This document shows, one piece after another, positions 42,266-50,611 of a DNA stretch of 64,000 bases. The stretch spans positions 810-64,809 of the forward strand of contig JAJDAP010000095.1 in the NCBI GenBank assembly GCA_029261795.1. Direction: 5' to 3'. The DNA comes from Deltaproteobacteria bacterium. GTDB lineage: Bacteria; Myxococcota_A; UBA9160; UBA6930. Under the pieces are notes generated by a model. The model did not search any database. It was given only the letters and a program-made list of their open reading frames with translations, and was not told the origin of the DNA. Numbering within the stretch: position 1 is the stretch's first letter; the number at the start of each line of letters is the position of its first letter. A program made the translations under genes and the position numbers.

Positions 42266-43474
42266 CTACAGAAGCTGAGACAAGAAGGTCTTCGCTGGAA
42301 CGACTAGCGGCCGCCGACCCTCCGCAAAGCAATCCGCGCCCACGTACTCCGAATCGAGAACGACCTGAAAGGCATGCGGAGCATCGAGCTGCCTTTGAAA
42401 GTACTCGAGGGCTCTGCCGATCTCCTCGTCCCGCTGCTTGACTTCGACGAGGAACCAGGGCTTTCCATCTCGTGCGACCAGAAAATCAACTTCACGCTTT
42501 TCCTTGTCGCGAAGATACCCGAGCTCGAACTTACCGAGACCCAGGTCGTTCCAGCCGTCCACAGCTTTGAGCAGGTGGCATGCGACGAAGGTCTCGGCCT
42601 TGTCTCCTGGGTCTTCGATGGAAGCCCAGTCTCGCAGGAACCACTTGGGCTCCTTTCGGAGCGAGCGGCTGACGTTCTTGAACCATGGCCTGACGAGGAA
42701 GCCGAGGTGAAGGCTTTGCAGGACCTCGACCCATCGGCGGATCGTATCGACAGTGACTCGCACCTCCTTTGCGAGGTTTCCGTAGATGAGCTGGTGAGCC
42801 GACCGACCGGATAGAAGCTTGACCAGAATCTGGAGCTGATCGATTTGTTGAATCTGCGTGAGGTCGCGGATGTCTTCGCGAACGAGCTGCTCCAATCGCA
42901 GCGATTGCCACCTTCGGCTGAAGCGCGAATCGCGCTTGAGGTAAGGCTCCGGATACCCGCCGTGCGTCCAGAGCGCCTCGTAGTTCGCAGCCTTGGGCTT
43001 CCTGGGTGCGCGAACGATTTGCTCAGGATCGGGAAGCGCCTTGGAAAGGCTCTCGGCGACTGAGAAGGGATGCATGCGGTAAGGGAAATAGCGCCCCATC
43101 AAGCTGTCACCGCCGCGTCGATAGACCTCCAGGCGGCTGCTACCCGTCACGATGACTCGCACTCGATCACCGTACACATCGAAGAATCCCTTCAGGAACT
43201 GCTTCCAGCGGGGGTACTTGTGCAGTTCGTCGAAGAGCACCGCTGGATTCCCAGCAGACAGCCGATTCAACCCCAAGGTCTCGACCAGAGCCGCGGATCC
43301 TGCCAGCAGTCGCTCGCGATCATCCTCGTTGTCCCAGTTGACGTAGAAGTCAGCGTGCCCTCGACACGTGGTCGTCTTCCCGACCTGACGGGGCCCGCTC
43401 ACGAAGGCCATCTGGCGATTGTGCGAGAAGTGCTCGGCCAGGAAGGCGTCGTAGATGCGCTTTGAGCGAGCCAT
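42266..43474 (-). CDS. AAA+ ATPase with DUF4143 domain (AAA_14 family)
   Basis: 402 aa. Walker A 'VSGPRQVGKTT' and Walker B 'AVLFDELH'. C-terminal 'KREVDFLVARDGKPWFLVEVK' is a restriction-endonuclease-like/DUF4143 region. Confidence 0.85.
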   Translation of the reverse strand: MARSKRIYDAFLAEHFSHNRQMAFVSGPRQVGKTTTCRGHADFYVNWDNEDDRERLLAGSAALVETLGLNRLSAGNPAVLFDELHKYPRWKQFLKGFFDVYGDRVRVIVTGSSRLEVYRRGGDSLMGRYFPYRMHPFSVAESLSKALPDPEQIVRAPRKPKAANYEALWTHGGYPEPYLKRDSRFSRRWQSLRLEQLVREDIRDLTQIQQIDQLQILVKLLSGRSAHQLIYGNLAKEVRVTVDTIRRWVEVLQSLHLGFLVRPWFKNVSRSLRKEPKWFLRDWASIEDPGDKAETFVACHLLKAVDGWNDLGLGKFELGYLRDKEKREVDFLVARDGKPWFLVEVKQRDEEIGRALEYFQRQLDAPHAFQVVLDSEYVGADCFAEGRRPLVVPAKTFLSQLL

Positions 43475-43517
43475 GATCGCCTATTTTCTGCAAGATCGTA
43501 GAATAGTCAAGACCAAT

Positions 43518-43533
43518 ATACGATATATCGTAT
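43518..43533. promoter_or_regulatory. 16-bp perfect palindrome ATACGATATATCGTAT upstream of the ATPase gene (candidate operator)
   Basis: Read directly from the sequence, 44-59 bp upstream of ATG 43474. It sits in the most AT-rich stretch seen, 43481-43560, with 32 of 80 G+C by hand count. Confidence 0.35.
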
Positions 43534-43675
43534 TTTGGTCAGGTACTCTGCACCAGCCTGGAGCCAATGGATCGGCTCATCGCGCCACAGTGCTTCACGG
43601 AGACCGCGACCCGAACGCACCGCCGCCCATCGCCGTTCCCCCGTTCCATCGCCGTCAAGACGACCCCTCTATGCC

Positions 43676-43735
43676 GAGGATAGGAAGAAAAGGCTGCGTT
43701 ATCTCCCAATGTCCGGGTATGGACGTTATGTCAAG
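43676..43735. repeat. 60-bp direct repeat, copy 2
   Basis: Same orientation as copy 1 (41916-41975), 58 of 60 positions identical, offset 1760 bp. Confidence 0.9.
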
Positions 43736-43902
43736 GCCCTGCGGGGAGCTCGAGAGGCGGGCTCCAAAGGTTCTTCTGCCACGGGGGATCCTTTTGACCC
43801 ACCCTTGCACCTACTTTGCTGCGAACCCGGGGCAGTTAGGTCAGCTGGCCGCTCTCGTCGCGGTCGCTCGGCCGAAAACTCATGAAGCGTTCTTCGTCGT
43901 CT

Positions 43903-44391
43903 CTACCGATTTTCGAGCAGCGTTGGTAGCCACGTTCGTTCGCGGAAGGTTCCGGTAACCCAGCCGGCCTCGTTCGACAGCTCACGCTCCAATTCGGAAA
44001 GCACTCGCGACGCCAACTGGACGTGATTGGCGAGTCGTAGCACGACTGCAGCGGTCGGCTTCTCCAGCTCGCGAAGCGCTTGGTCGGCCTGTCGGTAAAA
44101 CCCTGGAGAGCTGGGAAGCCATACCGGCCATCGTGGCTGTTCGTCATGGGACGCGGACTCGACCAGTCGGTCGAAGAGATCGTGGTCCGCCGGAGTCGAC
44201 GAGAACACGCGGGCAGATTGGTCGTCATCCCAGTCAATCATTTCCAGTGCGAACACCCTGTTGCAATGACGGCACTCCACGAGACAGCGAGTGGGCCCGT
44301 CGTAGTAGTCGACTGCGAGCACCTTGCCGAAGGGTGACATGATCTCGTCGGAAGAATTGACATGGACGCACGTGTCCAATTGGTCCTTCAT
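43903..44391 (-). CDS. hypothetical protein
   Basis: 162-aa ORF in the lower-GC patch. It contains 'CLVECRHCNRVF'. No family was recognised and the start is uncertain, with alternative Met codons inside. Confidence 0.35.
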   Translation of the reverse strand: MKDQLDTCVHVNSSDEIMSPFGKVLAVDYYDGPTRCLVECRHCNRVFALEMIDWDDDQSARVFSSTPADHDLFDRLVESASHDEQPRWPVWLPSSPGFYRQADQALRELEKPTAAVVLRLANHVQLASRVLSELERELSNEAGWVTGTFRERTWLPTLLENR

Positions 44392-44461
44392 AGGTCGCCG
44401 TGGAACAAGTTGTTGAATCTACAGCATCAACCCGGGTCACAGGCTTCGGCAGCGCCACCGT

Positions 44462-44638
44462 GAAGTGGTTCGGATCAGCTCCAGTCTCTACTACGTTGAA
44501 GGGCAGAACCGTCGCGTTGGCAAGAAGGTGGACGGCACGCTCGTCCAGGGTTGGCTCTACCAGGACCGGCTGAACCCGGTTGCCCAGATCGACGAGAGCG
44601 ACGGTCTGGGGGTCGCAGCCTCGCCACCGATTCGGTGA
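44462..44638 (+). pseudogene. short remnant of an RHS/YD-repeat protein gene
   Basis: The frame reads '...EVVRISSSLYYVEGQNRRVGKKVDGTLVQGWLYQDRLNPVAQIDESDGLGVAASPPIR*'. The 'GQNRR.GKKV.GTLVQG.LYQD.LNPVA..D' stretch matches, from memory, a conserved block in bacterial RHS/teneurin-like YD proteins. There is no start codon and no surrounding RHS body. Confidence 0.45.
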
Positions 44639-44679
44639 CGCGCTTCTTCCCGAGGCGTTTCCGTAGAAGACCTGGCTCG

Positions 44680-45633
44680 TCAGGCGTAGCGCTTGCCGAG
44701 GTCGGCGATCGCTTCATGGAACTCGGCCACGATGCTGCGCAGGATCTCGTCGACGGGTCGCACGCCGTCGATGCGGCCGGCGACCTGGCCGGTCAGTGCG
44801 ATCGACGCGTTCATGTCGCCGCCGAAATAGAGATCCATGGCCTTGCCCATTTCGCCCATCACATTGTGGTCGGCGTACTCGAGGGCTTCGCTGTTCTCGG
44901 TTCGTAGCGCGCGAAGGCCCGGGCCGAACTTGCGATTCAGGAAGACCGTGTCGGTCTCTTCCGCCGCCACGATGGCTTGCTTCCAGTTCTCGTGGACCGG
45001 CGATTCTGCTGCCGAAACCATGCGGGTGCCCATCTGGACGCCTTCAGCGCCGAGCGCGATGGCGGCCGCCATGGTTCGCCCACAAACGATGCCGCCGGCG
45101 GCGATGATCGGGACCTGCACGCGCGATGCGACCAGGGGCAACAGGACCATGCTGGCCACGTCCCGCGGGTTCTTGAAGCCGCCGCCCTCGCCACCTTCGA
45201 CGATCAAACCGTCGACGCCGGCAGCCACGGCTTTCAGTGCGCCCTTCAGGGTCGGCACGACGTGGAACACGGTCAGGCCGCCGGCCTTGAGTTGGGCCGT
45301 GTACTTTGTCGGACTGCCTGCAGAGGTCGTCACGAATCGGATGCCCTGGTCGACGACGAAATCGGCGATGCTCGGGTCGCGCACGAAGGCCTGGGCGATG
45401 TTCACGCCGAAGGGCTTGTCGGTGAGGTCGCGCATCTTGCGAATCTCGTCGCGGATCGCGTCGAGTTCCCCGGATGAGGTCTCGATGATCCCCATCCCAC
45501 CCGCATTGGAGACGGCCGAGGCCAGCGTGGAGCGGGCGATCCACCCCATCGGTGCTTGGACGATCGGGGATTCGACACCCAACATCTCGGTGACACGGTT
45601 TCGGATCGGCGAGGGATTCGTCATGGGGGGCAC
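44680..45633 (-). CDS. nitronate monooxygenase (NMO / 2-nitropropane dioxygenase family)
   Basis: 317 aa. 'VESPIVQAPMGWIARSTLASAVSNAGGMGII' and 'VPIIAAGGIVCGRTMAAAIALGAEGVQMGTR'. The start is GTG 45633 or ATG 45624. Confidence 0.88.
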   Translation of the reverse strand: MPPMTNPSPIRNRVTEMLGVESPIVQAPMGWIARSTLASAVSNAGGMGIIETSSGELDAIRDEIRKMRDLTDKPFGVNIAQAFVRDPSIADFVVDQGIRFVTTSAGSPTKYTAQLKAGGLTVFHVVPTLKGALKAVAAGVDGLIVEGGEGGGFKNPRDVASMVLLPLVASRVQVPIIAAGGIVCGRTMAAAIALGAEGVQMGTRMVSAAESPVHENWKQAIVAAEETDTVFLNRKFGPGLRALRTENSEALEYADHNVMGEMGKAMDLYFGGDMNASIALTGQVAGRIDGVRPVDEILRSIVAEFHEAIADLGKRYA

Positions 45634-45818
45634 TCTAGGCCAACCGGACGCCGTGTCGCGCGATATGATGCACGGCCGCCGCGCTCGGGATCCGGCAAGT
45701 CCTGTGCAGTTCCCGGCAGCAGACGGTCACGAAGGCGGCTCCGCGCGGCACTCATGAAAACCGGATCGGCATCCACGGCCTGCGCGCCGCGGGGAACAGG
45801 CAGGAGCCTTGTCGCCAC

Positions 45819-48650
45819 ATGAACGCGGTCATCTGCGCGATCTTCTTCCTGTCCGGTGCCTCCGCCCTGATCTTCGAAAGCCTCTGGTTCCATCAGGCCG
45901 GGCTCGTGTTCGGAAACGGGGTCTGGGCCTCGAGCCTCGTGTTGGCGTCGTTCATGGCCGGACTCGCCCTGGGCAATGCCGCGGCGGCGCGCTTCGGCGC
46001 CCGGGTCGCGCGGCCGGTGCGCACCTACGCGCTACTCGAACTCGGAATCGGCGTCAGCGGCGTGGCCCTGGTCTTCGGGCTGCCGTTCCTGGTCCCGTTG
46101 TTGGCACCCATCCTGCGGCCGGCCCTGGAAGAACCGCTGCTGGCGAATCTGCTGCGAACCGTCGCCGGCTTCAGCCTGATGCTGCTGCCCTCGATCGCCA
46201 TGGGCGCGACCTTGCCGCTGCTCGTCAAGGCACTCCTGGCGCGCGACGTTAGTTTCGGCTCGGTCCTCGGGCGCCTCTATGGCTGGAACACCCTCGGCGC
46301 CGTGGCCGGCGCACTTGCCACCGAGGCGGTCCTGCTGGGCCACCTCGGCGTGCGCGGCAGCGCGTTCTTCGCGATGGGCCTGAACCTGGTGGTGGCCGCC
46401 GCGGGCGTGATGCTCTCGGGTCGTTGGGTTGCCGCGATGCGCGAGACCGAAGCGCGCGAAACCGAAGCGCTGCCGATCCCGGCTCGCGCCCGTTGGCTGT
46501 TGGCGGCCGCCTTCCTGTCGGGGTTCTCGCTGCTGGCCCTCGAGGTGGTCTGGTTCCGGTTCCTGCAACTCTGGATTCATGCGAGCAGTCTGGTCTTCGC
46601 CGTGCTGCTGGCCGTTGTGCTCAGTGGCATCGCGCTCGGAAGCCTGCTCGGGGGTGCCATCCTTCGCCGGCGCAGCGAGGCCTACCGCCACGCTCCCTGG
46701 GTCTCGCTGCTCTCGGGAATGGCGGCGGCCGCCCTCTACGCCTTGCAGGGCGCTCTCCCGACGCCGGAAACCTATGTGGCCAGCATGGGCACGGCGACCC
46801 TGCGGGCAGCGCTGCTGATGGGTCCCGTCTGTCTGCTCTCCGGGGTCGTGTTCACCTGGCTCGGAGCCGCGATCGAACGAGCCGTCTCACCGGCTTCGCG
46901 TGCCGCAGGCTGGATGACCTTCTGGAACACGCTGGGCTCCGGCGTCGGCCCGCTCGTCGGAGGCTTCCTGCTGCTGCCCTGGCTGGGAATGGAAACCTCC
47001 CTGGCGGTGCTCGCGCTCGGCTACGGCGGCGTCGCGATTCTCGCCGTGCTCGGAATGGAGGAAGGGACGGCGCGGCTTCGTGGCCTCGGTATCACCGTGG
47101 CGGCGACGCTAGGCGTCGGGATCCTCTTCCCCCATGGCCAGATGCTCGAAGACTTCGTTCCCCGCGCCGTCGATCGTTATGTGCAGAGAGGCGGCGGACA
47201 GATCGTCGAGATCCAGGAAGGTCGGACCGAGACGATCGTGCTGCTCGAGCGCAGTGCTTTCGGCGTGCCGGTCTCGCGCACGCTCCTGACCAACGGCCAC
47301 AAGATGACGGGCAACGAGCCCGGCGCGCGACGCTACATGAACCTCTACGCCTATCTTCCTGCCGCCTTCCATCCGAAGCTCGAGCGCTCGTTGCTGATCA
47401 GCTATGGCCTCGGGAACACGGCGCGGGCGCTGCTCGATTCGCCGGATGCGACGCAGATGACCGTGGTCGACATCTCCCGCGAGATCCTCGGCATCGCCGA
47501 CCGCATCTTCCCGCCCGAGCGCAATCCGCTCGTCGATCCGCGCACCCGGATCCACGTCGAAGACGGCCGCTATTTCCTGCAGGTGAGCGACGCCCGCTTC
47601 GATCTCATCACCGGCGAGCCGCCGCCACCGAAGAACGCCGGTGTCGTGAACCTGTACACGCGCGAATACTTCCAGCTCACCCACGATCGCCTGGCACCGG
47701 GTGGGATGCACACCTACTGGCTGCCGATCCACAACCTGAGCGTCGCGGATTCGCGCGCCATCGTTCGCGCCTACTGCGACGTCTTCGTGGACTGCACGCT
47801 GTGGCTCGGTACCTCCGCCGACTGGATGTTGGTCGGGACGCGCGGACACGATTGGGCCGCCGGTGCGGCGCGCTTCGAGCGGATCTTCGAGGATCCGGTG
47901 GTCGGGCCGGACCTGCGCGAAATCGGCTTCGAAGAGCCCGCGCTGATGGCGACCACGTTCTTGATGGATACGGCCCAGATCGAGGATTGGCTCGGCGACG
48001 CGCTCCCGCTGGTCGACGACCATCCGAAGCGCCTGGCGAACGAGACACCGCTGCCGCGGGATGTCTTGCCGGACTACCAGGGGGTGAACGATGCTGTCGC
48101 TGCCCGGGAGCGCTTCCGGACCAGTCCCTTTACCCGACAGATCTTCACGCCCGAGATCTTCTCCCGCGCCCTCGAACTCTACGAGGTCCAGGCCAAGGTC
48201 AACGCGCTCTCGGCGTTGGGGGGCGAGATCGCGGGTCTCGAAGCGCGCATGCGCGATCTGCACCAGCTGCTGGACGAGACGCCTTACAAGACCCTGCCGC
48301 TCTGGGTCCTCGGGACGGACGCCCGGGTGACGGAAGCGGCGGCAAGGGCGGATTCCTTGACGATTTCATCGGCCGAGCAGGTGGCCTACGGCGCGCTTGC
48401 CGAGCGAGACTACGATCGGGCCGCCGACCATTTCAGGCTCGTGACCGCGCGTGCGCCGAAACGCTTGCACGGCTATCGGCTTCGGATCTTCTCCCTCTGC
48501 ATGGCCGGCCGAACCGACGAGGCCGAACCGCTGATCCGTTCGCTGCTCGGCAACGTCCCGGGAGACAGCGACGAGCGCGGATTCTGGCGTTTCCTGAGCG
48601 AGCGCTTCGGCGTCTCCGAGCCCTACGCCTCGGACGTTTCCGAAGGCTGA
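45819..48650 (+). CDS. fused polytopic-membrane / spermidine-synthase-like protein with C-terminal helical (TPR-like) region
   Basis: 943 aa. The N-terminal ~430 aa have ~12 TM helices. The middle region, 'LLISYGLGNTA...VVDISREIL...HVEDGRYFL...FDLITGEPPPP...YTREYF', is aminopropyltransferase-like. Confidence 0.8.
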   Translation: MNAVICAIFFLSGASALIFESLWFHQAGLVFGNGVWASSLVLASFMAGLALGNAAAARFGARVARPVRTYALLELGIGVSGVALVFGLPFLVPLLAPILRPALEEPLLANLLRTVAGFSLMLLPSIAMGATLPLLVKALLARDVSFGSVLGRLYGWNTLGAVAGALATEAVLLGHLGVRGSAFFAMGLNLVVAAAGVMLSGRWVAAMRETEARETEALPIPARARWLLAAAFLSGFSLLALEVVWFRFLQLWIHASSLVFAVLLAVVLSGIALGSLLGGAILRRRSEAYRHAPWVSLLSGMAAAALYALQGALPTPETYVASMGTATLRAALLMGPVCLLSGVVFTWLGAAIERAVSPASRAAGWMTFWNTLGSGVGPLVGGFLLLPWLGMETSLAVLALGYGGVAILAVLGMEEGTARLRGLGITVAATLGVGILFPHGQMLEDFVPRAVDRYVQRGGGQIVEIQEGRTETIVLLERSAFGVPVSRTLLTNGHKMTGNEPGARRYMNLYAYLPAAFHPKLERSLLISYGLGNTARALLDSPDATQMTVVDISREILGIADRIFPPERNPLVDPRTRIHVEDGRYFLQVSDARFDLITGEPPPPKNAGVVNLYTREYFQLTHDRLAPGGMHTYWLPIHNLSVADSRAIVRAYCDVFVDCTLWLGTSADWMLVGTRGHDWAAGAARFERIFEDPVVGPDLREIGFEEPALMATTFLMDTAQIEDWLGDALPLVDDHPKRLANETPLPRDVLPDYQGVNDAVAARERFRTSPFTRQIFTPEIFSRALELYEVQAKVNALSALGGEIAGLEARMRDLHQLLDETPYKTLPLWVLGTDARVTEAAARADSLTISSAEQVAYGALAERDYDRAADHFRLVTARAPKRLHGYRLRIFSLCMAGRTDEAEPLIRSLLGNVPGDSDERGFWRFLSERFGVSEPYASDVSEG

Positions 48651-49342
48651 AGCGGTGGCAGCTCGTCGAGACGCCAGCGTCCTCGGCGCGTCGGCGCCCG
48701 GCCCGAGATCTCGAGCATGTCCTGGAAGGAGCGCCGCGGAATCTCCTTCGCCCCGAATCGCCCCAGGTGATCGGTGTGGAGCTGACAATCGAACAGTTCG
48801 AATCCCCAGCGCTCGAGCTGACGGACCAGTGTGACGAGCGCGGTCTTCGAAGCGTCTCGCCGCAGGTGGAACATCGACTCCGCGAAGAATCCCCCACCCA
48901 GCGAGACGCCGTAGATGCCGCCGACCAGACGGCCTTCGTGCCAGGTCTCGCAGGAGTGGGCGAAGCCGAGTTCGTGTAGCGCGCAGTAGGCATCGATCAT
49001 CTCGGGATTGATCCAGGTTCCGAGGCCGTCACCGCGGTCTGCCTCGGCGCAGGCCCGGATCACCGCGGGGAAGTCGCGGTCCAGGGTCTGCTCGAAGCCG
49101 CCCTGGCGCAGGGTGCGCGCGAGGCGCCGGGCAACGTGGAGCGAGCCGGGCTGCAGGACCATCCGCGGGTCCGGGGAAAACCACAGGATCGGCGGCTCGT
49201 CGTACCAGGGGAAGATGCCGTAGCGGTAGGCAAGCAGCAGCCGCTCCGGAGACAGATCGCCGCCCACGGCGAGCAGGCCCGAGGGCTCGGCTTCCGACGG
49301 AGCGGGGAAGACGACGTCCTCGTTCAATCGATAGACCGTCAC
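48623..49342 (-). CDS. aat: leucyl/phenylalanyl-tRNA--protein transferase
   Basis: GTG at 49342 gives 239 aa. 'LLAVGGDLSPERLLLAYRYGIFPWY....PILWFSPDPRMVL' and 'GGIYGVSLGGGFFAESMFH' are canonical Aat motifs. The remainder of the 762-aa track ORF is antisense to the ACAD genes. Confidence 0.88.
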   Translation of the reverse strand: MTVYRLNEDVVFPAPSEAEPSGLLAVGGDLSPERLLLAYRYGIFPWYDEPPILWFSPDPRMVLQPGSLHVARRLARTLRQGGFEQTLDRDFPAVIRACAEADRGDGLGTWINPEMIDAYCALHELGFAHSCETWHEGRLVGGIYGVSLGGGFFAESMFHLRRDASKTALVTLVRQLERWGFELFDCQLHTDHLGRFGAKEIPRRSFQDMLEISGRAPTRRGRWRLDELPPLQPSETSEA

Positions 49343-49420
49343 TGCCCACCCCCGGCAAGGCGCGCGCCAGCGGGGTATGCTGCTCGGCCGATTGACACAC
49401 GAATCAATGGGGACCCCCGC

Positions 49421-50527
49421 ATGAATCTCGAGTTCTCTGACGACCAGAAGTTCGTCCAACAGACCGCGCGAGACTACCTCGATGAGCATTGCCAGCTCGA
49501 GGTCTGTCGCTCGGTCCTGGAATCCGACCAGACCTACGCACCCGACCTGTGGAAGGGTGTCGCAGAAATGGGCTGGCTCGGCACGGCCATTCCCGAGGAG
49601 TACGGGGGCGCCGGTCTGGGCCACCTCGAACTCGCCCTGATCGGCATGGAACTCGGCCGCGCCTTGGCGCCGATTCCGTTCTCGTCTTCCGTCTACCTGG
49701 CGAGCGAGGCGATCGTCCGCGCCGGTAGCGACGATCAGAAGAAGAAGTGGTTGCCGCTGCTCGCTTCCGGCGAAGCCATCGGAACGCTCGCATTGGCGGA
49801 AGGCCTGGGAGACTTCGATCCGCGCAACGCCGAAGCCAGCTTCGATGGGAGCAAGCTCAGCGGAACCAAGGTTCCCGTGAGCGATGGCTCGGCCGCTACC
49901 GTGGCCGTCGTCGTCGCCAAGGAGGGCGCGGGCCATTCCCTGGTGCTCGTCGATCTCGCGGCATCGGGCGTGAACTGCGAAGCGGTCGAGAGTTTCGACC
50001 CGAGCCGGCCGCTGGCGCGCATCGAATTCAAGGGTGTCGCCGGCGAGCGGCTCGGTGCGGCCGGCGAAGCCGACAGCATCGTGCGCGACGTCCTCGACCG
50101 CGCCGCCGTGCTGCTTGCCTACGAGCAGATCGGTGGCGCCGAGCGCGCGCTCGACATCACCCGGGAGCAGACGATGGGGCGCTTCGCCTTCGGTCGTCCG
50201 GTAGCGAGCTTCCAAGCGCTCAAGCACCGCATGGCCGACGTGTACGGCAAGATCCAGATCGCGCTCTCGAACGGGTACTGGGCCGCATGGGCTCTCGAGA
50301 ACGACGAGCCGGAGCTCGCGCAGGCTGCAGCCGCGACGCGGGTCGCAGCCAGCGATGCCTTCGTGCTCGCCAGCGAGGAGATGATCCAGATGCACGGCGG
50401 CGTCGGCTTCACCTGGGAGTACGACTGCCACCTGTTCTATCGCCGCGCCAAGGGCACCGCCCACGCGCTCGGCACCCCCAACGAGTGGCGCGAAAAGCTC
50501 GTGCAGCAGATCGAAGCCACCCTCTAA
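49421..50527 (+). CDS. acyl-CoA dehydrogenase family protein
   Basis: ATG at 49421 gives 368 aa. 'MNLEFSDDQKFVQQTARDYLDEH', 'GWLGTAIPEEYGGAGLG' and 'QMHGGVGFTWEYDCHLFYRRAK'. Confidence 0.88.
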   Translation: MNLEFSDDQKFVQQTARDYLDEHCQLEVCRSVLESDQTYAPDLWKGVAEMGWLGTAIPEEYGGAGLGHLELALIGMELGRALAPIPFSSSVYLASEAIVRAGSDDQKKKWLPLLASGEAIGTLALAEGLGDFDPRNAEASFDGSKLSGTKVPVSDGSAATVAVVVAKEGAGHSLVLVDLAASGVNCEAVESFDPSRPLARIEFKGVAGERLGAAGEADSIVRDVLDRAAVLLAYEQIGGAERALDITREQTMGRFAFGRPVASFQALKHRMADVYGKIQIALSNGYWAAWALENDEPELAQAAAATRVAASDAFVLASEEMIQMHGGVGFTWEYDCHLFYRRAKGTAHALGTPNEWREKLVQQIEATL

Positions 50528-50611
50528 GAAAGAATCCGAACGGCAGACCCGCCTGCGCAAGGCCCGTCCGGGCCGCGCAGCGAGGCAAAGCCGAGCGAAG
50601 GACCAAAAAAG

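Noticed and set aside
42263-42268. Possible TAG read-through extending the ATPase by 45 codons
   Set aside because: The extension duplicates a motif the protein already has, so a paralogue remnant is the simpler explanation. The in-frame arrangement has a one-in-three chance of arising by accident.
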